Source: Podarcis filfolensis (Eukaryota). Taken from it: a DNA stretch of 64,000 bases. A program made the position numbers and the translations under genes. The notes under the pieces were generated by a model. It saw only the letters and a program-made list of their open reading frames with translations. It made no database searches and was not told the origin of the DNA. Positions 14,900 to 26,100 of the stretch are shown in pieces. The stretch is from NCBI GenBank assembly GCA_964270895.1, contig OZ185440.1; one strand, given 5' to 3'. The number at the start of each line of letters is the position of its first letter. Position 1 is the first letter of the stretch.

Positions 14900-16250
14900 G
14901 TGCTATTTATTTCACAGCCTTTCCCAGTATGCTCTTCTACCGTCTACGGACTACAAGCACTCTGACTTGGAACTACATTTTCCGGCATGCTACAAAAGTA
15001 GTGGTCTAGGTTTACTCCGAGTCCGCGGACTACGTTTCCCGAAACAGCAAACAGAGGGACAGAGGGAGTGAGGCGACGTTTCCAACATGCTCGAGGGTTT
15101 CTCTGACATTCGTCCCGTTGGGTTTTTGGGGAAGGGGGTTGCGGTTATTTTCAACTCGCCTCAGGACGAGTTCCGGCTTCCCGAAAGGCCTCACAGGGAG
15201 GTGCGAGGCATGCTGGGAGTCGTAGTTCCTTTGCCTTGAGAGCGTGCCTCGCGCTGCTGGGGCGTGTCCTCAGGGGGCTATAAAAGCATCTGGAGGGGCG
15301 GCGGGCTGCGTTTCTCGGCTGATTGTTGTCACTCCGTCGGGGTCTTGAGGTGAGTTGTGGGGGGCTGCCATCACCTTTGGCGCCGCCGCCGCCGCTGGCG
15401 GGGTTCGGCTCAGGTTTTGTCTTTTCGGGAACTGGGTAAGGACGAAGGGAACGCCGAGTTGTTTGTTCGAGTAATGGGGGCGGCGGCGGCCACACAGGTA
15501 TTCCTTCGTAGAATTTGTTCTCTCTCAGCTTCGCTTTCGGCGGCATATTCTGGTCCTCTTTACCTCGTGGCGTTTTGTTGCATTCTCTCCCCCCCCCCTC
15601 TCCATCCTTTCACCTCCTATTACTCCCACCGGCGGTTTGGTGCATGCCGTTTTCTCACGGCGTGGGGGGCGGAGGCGGCAGTTCGCCTTAAAAACCGAGA
15701 CGCCACGTGACCCGACTCGGAGTTTAGGCCGCCATTTTCAAGGCCCATCAATCCGGCGCGCGCAAAGGCGGGAGGGATAAGGGGGCGGGGGGGGGAGGGG
15801 GGAAAGAGCCGCGTCACGTGGTAGGCAGCCTCGGCCTGTAGAAAGAGGCCGTTGAGATTCGGCGCCAAAAGATCTGACGAGGGGAGGGGCGGAGGCGGGA
15901 AACGAACCCCATTGTCTGCTGAGGTAAACGTCTTTCTCCCAGAGAGAACTTTCTTAGCGTCGTTGGCGGCTCCGGGGGAGGAGTTAAGAGCGGCTTTTAA
16001 CGCTCTGCCTTTTAACACGTTCGATAAACCGAGCATATTAGTATTCTGGTATATTTTTCGTGCGCTCCAAGGTGGGTGGGGGTGCTTAAGGCTTGTCGGG
16101 TCTACTCTGGGTTAATTCATTTGTGGTACCGAAAAGTAGCTGGTTGCAGCGGAACTGCGGGGTGAATTGGAAAATGCCTTCTTTACTGTAGTTTTTGGAA
16201 GGAACTGTCCGTCGACGTTTTCTCATCTCACTACTGTTAACGAGTGAACA
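14900..16250 (+). promoter_or_regulatory. NASP CpG-island promoter with ZNF143/THAP11-type, TATA, YY1 and E2F motifs
   Basis: GC/CpG-rich. ACTACATTTTCCGGCATGC at 14972-14990 and GCATGCTGGGAGTCGTAGT at 15208-15226 (SBS motif); TATAAAAG at 15279-15286; E2F-type TTTGGCGC at 15376-15383, GCGCCAAA at 15862-15869 and GGCGGGAAA at ~15895-15903; GCCGCCATTTT at ~15729; splice donors at 15349/15350 and 15923/15924. Confidence 0.85.
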
Positions 16251-17192
16251 CTTAAAGAAACGGGAGCGTTCCTTGAAGCGCTATTCTGTAACTCGCCTTA
16301 GGACTAATTGGCCTTCATTATTTTCTGCTGGAGAGATTGTAACTTGTAAGAGTCTAGAAACTCGCATAGTGATAGTTCCCTAGCCAAGAGTCATCTGGAT
16401 ATTGATAAAAGACCTGTATAGCCCTTGTGTGATGTGGTGTAGCCTATACAGTACTATAACAGACTTGATTTGTTTTTACACCTCCCCTTATGGAGCAAGT
16501 GTCGTTTAAGGGACTGTGGTCCCTCAGCAATATAGCAGAGGAGGACTTCTAAGTCACTGTAATACTGCTCATTGTTTCCAATATTTATTGAATTTATGCT
16601 TTGCTAGACCTGTCAAATGATTTAAAATGCATCCAGCACGCATTTAAAGCACATTGAAGAATTTTGGAAATTGGTTTGTCAAGGATACTGGTACTGATAA
16701 CTCCATGAGAGCGGCAACTTTTGTTCCTGGAGTATGCTCTTTACATTGGTAACAAGCCTGTGTGAGGAGTCCATATAAATATACTAGTTAGGAGGGCTGT
16801 AATTTCAACTGGCACTTTGTATACCTTCTACTACTGACAGAATGGCATCTGTACAAAAATCCTTTAAAGTTCCTTTAAAATGAAATTGAAACTCTTAAAT
16901 AATTTTCTGTGACTGTAGCATGCCTCTTGAACAGTGCACAGGCTGTTTGATTGGGAGCTTTTTGACTTAACAGGGAAAGGTTGTGGCATACATGAAGGAG
17001 CCAGCTGATAGTTATTTGCATCAGCAGCCTATGTAGGGCATAATGTACCATTGATGGTCCTTACTCTTAATTTGCTATAATTCTAATTATAAAGCATACA
17101 TTACAGTTACTGAAATGTTACAGTAACATTCCTAAGTATTCTTATACAGTTACATTCCTAAGTATTCTAACTTTAGACTTTTCAGTTTCAGA

Positions 17193-20100
17193 ATGGCAGA
17201 AGAATCTGCTGCTCCTTCTACTTCCGCTGACAAAACTGAGAGGTAAGATATAATTAGATGTAAGAATAGTGCATATGCGTTTGAAATAGAGTAGTGTAAC
17301 TATCTTCCTGTAATAGTCAGCTACTACTAGTTACATTGATTGGAATAGATGAATGAAACAAGAGCAGTTTTTAAACACTGACACTCTTGATTTACTATAG
17401 TAAAAAAGGTAAATAATGACCAAGCTTGCTTCTAACAGCTATATGTTGTGGCTAACAACCTGGTTTCTTCCAGTAGCACCTTAGAGACCAACTAAGTTAT
17501 TTTACCTGAAGTGTGCATGTACACGAAAGCTCATACCAATAACTAACTTAGCTGGTCTCTAAGGTGCTACTGGAAGGAATTTTTTTATTTTGTTTCGACT
17601 ATGGCAGACCAATACAGCTACCTACCTGTAACTAGAACCTTGTTTCTATTTTTCTAGTATGGATGTGGATGCAGAAGCCAAGAAATACCTCGGCTTGGGG
17701 CAGAAAAATCTGGTAATGGGAGATATTCCAGCTGCTGTTAACGCATTTCAGGAAGCTGCTTCTCTGTTGTAAGTAATGAGATTTATCCCTTCAGTTGAAT
17801 TTTCATTTGATGAAGGGAATTTAGCCTATCTTAGGGATAACAACCTTTTTTCTTTCTGTTATGGACTGCATTCTCTTGGGGGTAGTCAGTGGAGAACTGC
17901 ATGCTAGTGGTGCACAGAGCCAGAAACAAGTATTCTGAATTAATATCTGCAATAAAGACTGCTTCATTTTTTTCTTTCCCAAATTAGAATTCTTTATTCT
18001 ATGTAGATCTACCGAAAAGTAAACCCCACTGGGTTTTACAGGGTTACTCTCAAGTTCAGTGGACCCTCGAGTTACGCACCTCTCTGGATATGTAACCTTC
18101 AGGTCACGAACGTGGCAAACCTGGAAGTATTTTTCTGTGTTACGCCGCTTGCACATGCACAGAAGTGGCGCCTCTGGTTATGGCTTTTTCGGGGTGCGCA
18201 TGGACCCCCAGAACAAATTAAATCAGTATCCAGAGGGTTCACTGTATGTAGAATTTTTTTTTAAACACAGCTCCTGTTTTGGAAAATGAATGAAAGTAAC
18301 TTTAGCACATTATTTGTTTAGTTATTGAATTTATATTCCTCATGAGGAACCCCAGGGTGGCAAACAGATCCACACTTCAGAAAGCAAAGCAGAAACATTC
18401 TAAAACTGTTAGAACATTATAAAAACAATTAGGTTTTTTTTAAAAAAAATATTCCATCCAGTGATCTCAAGGTTGCCAGGAAATACGGCCACCAAATTCC
18501 TGCATAACCAGGAATATTTTCAAATTTCTCATGAAAGTTAATAATGGCAATAGGCACAACTCACTGGAAAGAGAACTAACACCAAAAAAGCCCTGTTGTG
18601 GGTCAGTGCAAACCAAGCAGATCTGGTGGTTGCATCACCAAGGCATCACCTGCTTATTATAGGGACTGAGATGATTGGTACTGGAGTATTTTTTGGATAC
18701 TGTATTTAGTTTCCAAGCCTCCATGCAGGAGGTCACTAGAGCTTAGGCAACTGACATTAGGTTATCCTGGTCCAGTAACCAGACTTAACTGGGCATAACC
18801 ACCTAGCAGTGGAAGCCACTCCAGTGAAAAGATGGAATTCAGGAGAACTTCCAAAGTATGTCTCCCCACCCCCAAATAATTTGGACAAAACTTTTTCTCA
18901 AGCCATATGGCCTGTGTATGTATGTGTCATTATTTCTGTTGAATAAAATATTGTCCATTTTAATACTTCCTGATACTATGTGGAAAGGGCAGGGGATATA
19001 ATCTGCAGGTAGATTAAAAAGGTGTATTTTTAAATAGATTTTAAAACTTGGTTTGGATTTTCTGGAATTTTAAATTTAATAAATTCTCAAATAACCGTGA
19101 TGTTAATATTATATCTTAACCAAAGCATGTTTGCTACAGTTATTCTTTAAAATGAAGTAGTTTCTCTACCAGCTACATAGTTAACAGAGGCTTCCTATTT
19201 AAATCAAGAGCCAGTTCGATCATTTTTTCAAATGATTATTTACAGTCCAATTAGCAAACATAAATGTTTAGTTCCACTGAATGAAAATGATCTCTAGTCT
19301 GCTCAATAATAATAAGTTATTGCATTGCATTCATTAAATTATGTTTCCATTGATACATAATGTTATGGTATTACTCCAAAAAAAGGTGGTTTATGAGCCA
19401 TCATTGCCAAAACAATATGACACCTGATTGGCTCTCTAAACGCTTTTTCTGGTTATTTGGCTATAATGCTTGATAGAGTACAGATAATTGAACAAAACTT
19501 GTTCCATTACATTCTTCATTAAATTATCTTTCCATTAATATATAATTTTATTGTATTACTCAAAAAAAGTGGCGTTATGAGCCATCAAACCTTGGAAATA
19601 CAACAATTTTGGCCACTAGTTTATTACTTCATATATTTGTTGAACACGGGGGCAAATCTGACATCTAAATGCTGCCTTAAAACTAAATGCCCATTATTTG
19701 GTACAACCAGGCTTTTTTCCTATTTGTTGGGAGTCTACACCTTTTATAAGATTTCATTTTTGTTAACCTATAGAGGGAAAGTCGTTAAAATATTCCATTA
19801 TGACCAGTAGCCATGACTGTTTGAGATAAAGTACAAAAATACAGGAATGTGAACACTGGACAATTGTGTGTGTTTTCCTTCCAGTGTTGTTGCTTTCTGC
19901 TTGACTCTGCTTTCACCACCATAACAAACAACGGCTTATTTATATGCCACCTATCTGACTGGGTTTACAAGCTGACTAAATGAAAGAACAAAAAACACAA
20001 CAAAACACAACCAACTTGATAGCAATCACAGCACACTGCCAAATGTCCTCCTTATTTCTGTTGTAATAAATAATCCTTCATAAAAGTTATTGCATTGCAT

Positions 20101-23100
20101 TCTTCATTAAATTATCTTTCCATTGATATATAATGTTATGGTATTACTCCCCAAAAAAGTGATGTTATGAGCCATCATTTCCTAAATAATGACACCTGAT
20201 TGGCTCTCTAAAGCATTCATTTTACTGATTATTTGGCTCTAACTTTTGATAGGATACAGATAATTGAACAAACCTTGTTGCATTACATTCTTCATTAAAT
20301 TATGTTTCCTTTGATACATAATTTTATGGTATTACTAAAAAAAAAAGTGGTATGAGCCATCAAACCTTGGAAATAAGCTTTCCCCCAAAAGTTTCCACAA
20401 TTTTCGCCGCTTGTGTAAATGGGAAACATGACTTAAATTAATCCACCCTGCTAATCTGGTAATCTCTTTTTAGGGCTAATAAGTATGGTGAAACTGGAAA
20501 TGAGTGTGCAGAAGCTTACTTTTTTTACGGGAAATCACTTCTGGAATTGGCAAGGTAAGTTAATATGACCTGCTTTGGGCTACTTGGTGGTTTGAATAGT
20601 TAATCTAGATTAGGAAGGCTAATATATTTTTACATGGACTGGAATCCACTTCACCAGTTTCTCCTGCACACAGAACTGAAGTTACCTTTTGTAACCTTTT
20701 CTCAGAATAGTGGCAGCCATTCTAGAGCTACATAATCAGGTCAACAAACTTTGGTTGGTCTTCCTTGTCAACCAAATATGTATTTGCTTCCAGGACGCCT
20801 GGAGCAGGATCTGTTAACTGGTCTTCTTATGCTACATCAATACAGCCTTGAGTTCAAGCTTTGAACGCTAAAACTGGTGAGGGAAAAGATAACAGCAATG
20901 CCTACTTACATCTTCTAGAATGGAAAATGGTGTGCTGGGAAATGCCTTGGAAGGAGTGCAGGTGGAAGAAGAGGAAGAAAAAACAGAAGACTCAATGGTA
21001 GAAAGTGCTGATAATATAGATGGTATGTAGTGCTGTCTTAACTCATGATAGAGATGCCAAGCTGTGTGTGTTCCAAGTGGATACTAGACAAGGGTCATTT
21101 TATTATTATCAAGTTGTTTGAATCTTAAACCGCAACTAAAGACTCTCTAAAAGTCTTTTTAATGATAAAATTGACCAAAAATTTAAAAACCTGCCTTTTA
21201 ACAAGGCCGGTGTGTCTACAAACCTATAGATTAAAGCATTGTTTTGAACCATGTGGGCCTCACTTTGTTTCTTAGTAAAGCATTGGTTTCTATGCTTCAA
21301 GATCTTAAGGAGAGTCAGCTAATTGTTTCTAGAACCATGAACTAATTGGGCAAAGGTTCTGTGAACAAACTGAATAGTAACTCCCAGTATTACTGCTTAT
21401 TGCAAAACTGTTTAGTGTATAGCACATTGTGGCCTAGATCTTTTGGGCAGTGGCATCTAATAAGGTTTGATGCTGTGAAGATCATGTGACAATAGGCCAT
21501 GTTCACTTAAGAAAGTGGATAGTTTGTCTAATTTTCAATACTTGCCATGTCCCTCAGTTCGTAGCATCTTCCTCTGCAATCCAGTGCAATGTCTTGTCTA
21601 GACAAAGCTTGGCATCTCTTGCTTGGCTGTTACTATGCTGGCCTACAACTCATTGCTTAAGCGCAACTCCTTGCAAGCCCTGTTATGGAAGGCACTTGTT
21701 CTCAGTTTAAGGGTCCAAAAGGATTGTATTGATTCCTGTAACTTTGAAGCAAGACATCAGTGGGATGGAGGGTGGGATGTGAAGATCATGAATGTTTATC
21801 ACTAAATTCGAAGGTTTGTTTGTGCTTGATCTTCCTTAAACATGTAGAAGAAGCAAGGGAGGAATTAAGAGAGCAGGTATATAATGCCATGGGGGAAAAA
21901 GATGAATCCAGAAAAAATCCTGAAGAGTCTCTGGTGCATACAGGAGTGGAGATGCAACCGAAGGATGTGGAAATGGAAGAGGTTGAGGAAGAAGTAGCTA
22001 AGGAAGAAAAAGAAAAAGCAGCAGCTCTGGGTGGAGAAGATATCACTGTTGTGGAGAAAAAGGAAGAGCAAGAGAAGGCAGAAAAGCAGGTAGAGGCAAC
22101 TACGGAAGAACAAAACATCAATGAAGTAACTACTGAGGTAGCATTAGAAGATGGTGCTGCTAGGGAAGAGAAGCCAGTGGATGCAGAAGGGACAGCTGAA
22201 GAAGATAAGCCAGTGGTGGTAGAAGAGGCTAGGGAAGATGCTGCTGTACACAGAGTGGTGGTTTCTGAAGATGCTGCTGTGAAAGTTAATCCAGTAATAG
22301 AAGAGGCTGCAGAAGCAGCTGGGGGAGATACTACTTTAGAAAAAGAAGTGGCTGCAGGGGAAGCACCTGGGAAAGAGAAGGTAGTTGAGATAGCAGCTCA
22401 AGAGAGGAGAGAAGAGGAGGTAGAAAAGCAGGCAGACGCAATTGTAGAAAAGAATCCAGTAGTAGAGGAATTGGTAAAAGCTTCAGGTGAGTTAGAGAGA
22501 GAAATCATGACAGCTGTTGAGAAAGTTGAAGGGCAGGCAGAAAAAGAACAACCAGCTAAAGCTACTGCTGAAAAGACAGAGGACGTGAAGCCTGCCACAG
22601 AACAGGTGGTGGTGAACTTGAAAGAGAAGGAAGAAACATTGGATTCAAGAGAAGGAGAACCTTCAGCTCCAAATGAAACTACTCCTTCAGGGAGCATCAA
22701 GCAGTCACATGAAATACAACCAGAAGAAAAAGCTGAAGTTGCTCCTAAGGTAGAAAAGGAAGAAGAAAAGGATGACGAGATGGGAGAGGGCGAAGGTAAC
22801 GGATAGAAGACACTTGTGGGTGGATCTATTTAGAGAACTAACCCTTAGTAAGACTAATCCATTCAGAATTCTCTGTGCCACAGGGATGAATCCACCCAAG
22901 GAGAATTTTGAAGCTGCAAGGAACAGTTGAATTGAAATAAAACTAACAAGTTGAGCAATAAATTATTGGCTTTTTTGGGGACTGGTTTGCATGAGCAGCA
23001 AATATAGAAAGATATGGCTCATAGAGAACACTGAATGGATGTTCACTGCATGTTTTTATGTGAATGCAAGATTAACTCTGAACAATTCAAAGTATAGTAC

Positions 23101-26100
23101 TAGAATATATATTGACAACCAGATCCACAAAAATACAGCAACACGAGGGTGCTGGCTTAATGACCTGTATTAAACAACCTAAAACCTATCATGCTTTGAG
23201 GCCTATAACTACAAACAAGTGCAGGTAATAGACATCACAGCTTTCATGTCCTGCTTCTCTTGCTTTAGCATTGCTGTTTAACTACCTTATAATACCTTGA
23301 AAATGTTTGTTTACAAGCGAGATTCTAAGTAGTGAAATAGTTGTAAATCTGATAAACCTTCACATAATACAACTGTTTAACAAATATTTAGTCACTTTGT
23401 GTTCCTATTTGAAAAAAGTGACTAATAATTGCAATAAAAAATAGGGATACAGTACAGTGGCAAGTTTGCTCTGGCAACTAGAGCCTTGTCCTATGCATTT
23501 CTAGTCGCAAGAGTAGCTTAAAAGCATGACCCTCTAGATACTGCTGAACTAAAACTCCATAATCCCTAATTATTTTGGCCACGTTGGCTGGAGCTGGTGG
23601 GAGTTGTGGTTTAGCAACATCTAGAAGAATACAAGATAGCCATCCCTGTTCTAGTTTGAAGTCCGGTGTTTACAGCAATACTTTTTCCCTTGGCTTCTGT
23701 AGTTGTTACATGAAGGCTGTTGAGCATAAGGCAGTTTGAGATTGTGCTTGCTGGGCATCTGGATTACTGAATAGCTGGTAGGAGGTCAGATTTCTTGCTC
23801 CATAAGAGGGTATATGTTCCCTGACACTGCAGAATAGGTGTCTGAGCTATCCCATAGTTTATGTAAGTTCCTGTGCCTGACACCCAATAGTACATACCTG
23901 TCAGTTTCCCTAAGAAGCCATGCAATGACACTTAACTAGAAATATTAATATTTCTGTCTTATCTTAACTATGAAATGTGACTACTTCTAAGGAGTGCAAT
24001 TTTAAAGCTCTTCTCTTTGTCTCCCCCGTTACTATGAAAACAAAACTTCTATGGGGAAGCTATAAAAGTATTAAAACTTGTTCAAATTCTTTTTAACTGA
24101 CATGCCAGGGGGTGCCATGCAAGCAGCATAAAGGAGAAAGAATATCCTAACGGTGAATATTTTAATCTATGTAGCTCCCCCTCAAAACTTCATATAAACA
24201 CATGTTGCAGATTGCACAGAAACCTACCAAGCCAACCCTCATGAACACATAGGTTGGAAGTGTAATAGTGGTGGAAGAATTTCACAGCTGAATAAAACAA
24301 ATAGTCAAGTAAAATGGAGGTATAAACAGTTGGTTGTATATTAATAAGAAACTATTATTGTAGAGATGGAAGGATCAGAAGAAGAAGATAAAGTTGAAGA
24401 GGATAAAGAAAATGACTCTGCAGTTGAAGAGGATAAAGAAAATGACTCTGCAGTTGAAGAGGATAAAGAAAATGACTCTGCAGTCGAAGAGGATAAAGAA
24501 AATGACTCTACAGTTGAAGAAAAGGTGAAGTATAAAAAGAGCATTCAAGCCTGTTAAAGAGCTGGTTCAATGTTTCTGTCATGGAGAAAGGATCATTGTT
24601 TTCATGGAAACTATTTCCGATTACCTATGTTTTCTAGAGCATAGGAAGACTGAAGTAGGCAGTTCCTTCCGAAGGTTCAAGATTATAGTAGGGGTGTGGC
24701 TTTGAGTACTCTGGTTCAAAGCAGCATTTTAACATTTTAGTCTGTTAAAACTTTAGCCTGTTTTTCCTTCTAGATGCTTGTTCGTTCTCCATTCTTAAAA
24801 AAAAGCCCTTATCCTTCTCTCTGCTCCCCCCTTCTTTCCTTGTCTCCTCTGCTATCAAAATCTCTTGCATTCATACATTGAAACTCATAAACTAGTTTCA
24901 GTGAAGCATTGTGGTCTCCGTCTAGTACCGCACCCATGGTTAAACTAATTTCTGTAACCATTCCCACCTTCTCTAAACCTGTTGAGTGTCTTTTATTACA
25001 GTTGTTTAAAAGCCCAAAAGCAGGCCTCCAAAACCTACAGGAAATTGGGAACAGGTTGCATCTCCTCTGCCTCATATCACAGCAATAGTGATTTGCTACA
25101 GAAGGGGAAAGGGCTGTGCCTGATAATGTGCACGGTATCTGCTTAATTATCAGAAGCTTGCTATTGTTTTAAAAAACTGCTATTGAAGCAGCTTTTTTGC
25201 AACAGTACACCACCTTCTGAAGTAATTCTCTGCAGTCAACCAATTTTTAACTCAACTGAAAGTATGTCCTCTTGTGACATCTCCTTTTTTTGCCTTAACA
25301 TTAAAGAACTGGGCACTGCATTTTTTCCTGCTATTCAAACTATGAAGACAGCGAGGTCAAACATGAGGAAGCTACCCAGCTGATAAGCTGAGCTGTTCAT
25401 CAAGGAAGCCTCAGGAAAGACCTGGGCAAGAACTGAAATGACATGCAAAGTGCTTTTGGAGCAAGAATTATAATTGCCACTAATTATAATTCTATATTAT
25501 AATTACAATGTAGAATGAATATGAGTAGGGTTACTCTGAATCACATTTACTGACAAGGAATATGTAGTGTTCAATGCAAAATTGATTGCACTTTCCAAAC
25601 ATTGGTTTTAATTCTGCTTGTGAAGGAATTGCTGGCTGAACAGCCAATTCATAAGAGGAGTGAGATACAATGTGAAGGACAAGCAGTTCAAAACTAATAC
25701 AGGAGGAAAATAGATAATCCTCTAAAGCTGTTTGTAAATCCTTTTTGTCAAGCGGTTAATCGCAGTCCACAAATCTTGACTTGAATCATTAGCTAGCCAT
25801 TGGTCTTTCTGCAGAACCTGTGCTTCCAAGTCTTCTCTTTGTCTACCAGAAGGTGAGCTTTCATTACACTAGGTTCTGGAACTGGCAGAAGCATTGCGGT
25901 GAAGACTATGGTACTAGGCAGGGTCTGGAAGACCAGGGTTCAAATCCCCACTTAGCCATGAAGCTCACTGACTGGCTTTGGACCTTACTGTCTCTTAGTC
26001 TTACCTCAGAGCTGTGAGGATAAAATGGGGAGAGAGAGACCCATGCACACTGTATTGAGCAACTTAAAGGAAAGGGACATTAATAGAGCTTCCTCTGCTG

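Noticed and set aside
15151-16115. Overlapping 87-138 aa ORFs on both strands
   Set aside because: Expected by-product of a GC-rich CpG island; no recognisable protein features.
21848-21876. Internal donor CAG|GTATAT giving a 29-bp NASP mini-exon
   Set aside because: Ends in phase 0, incompatible with the next exon (phase 1).
21786-22899. Minus-strand Ser/Phe-rich ORFs
   Set aside because: Antisense shadows of the Glu-rich NASP exon.
24393-24520. 30-bp direct repeats as a CRISPR array
   Set aside because: Head-to-tail with no spacers, in frame inside a eukaryotic exon.
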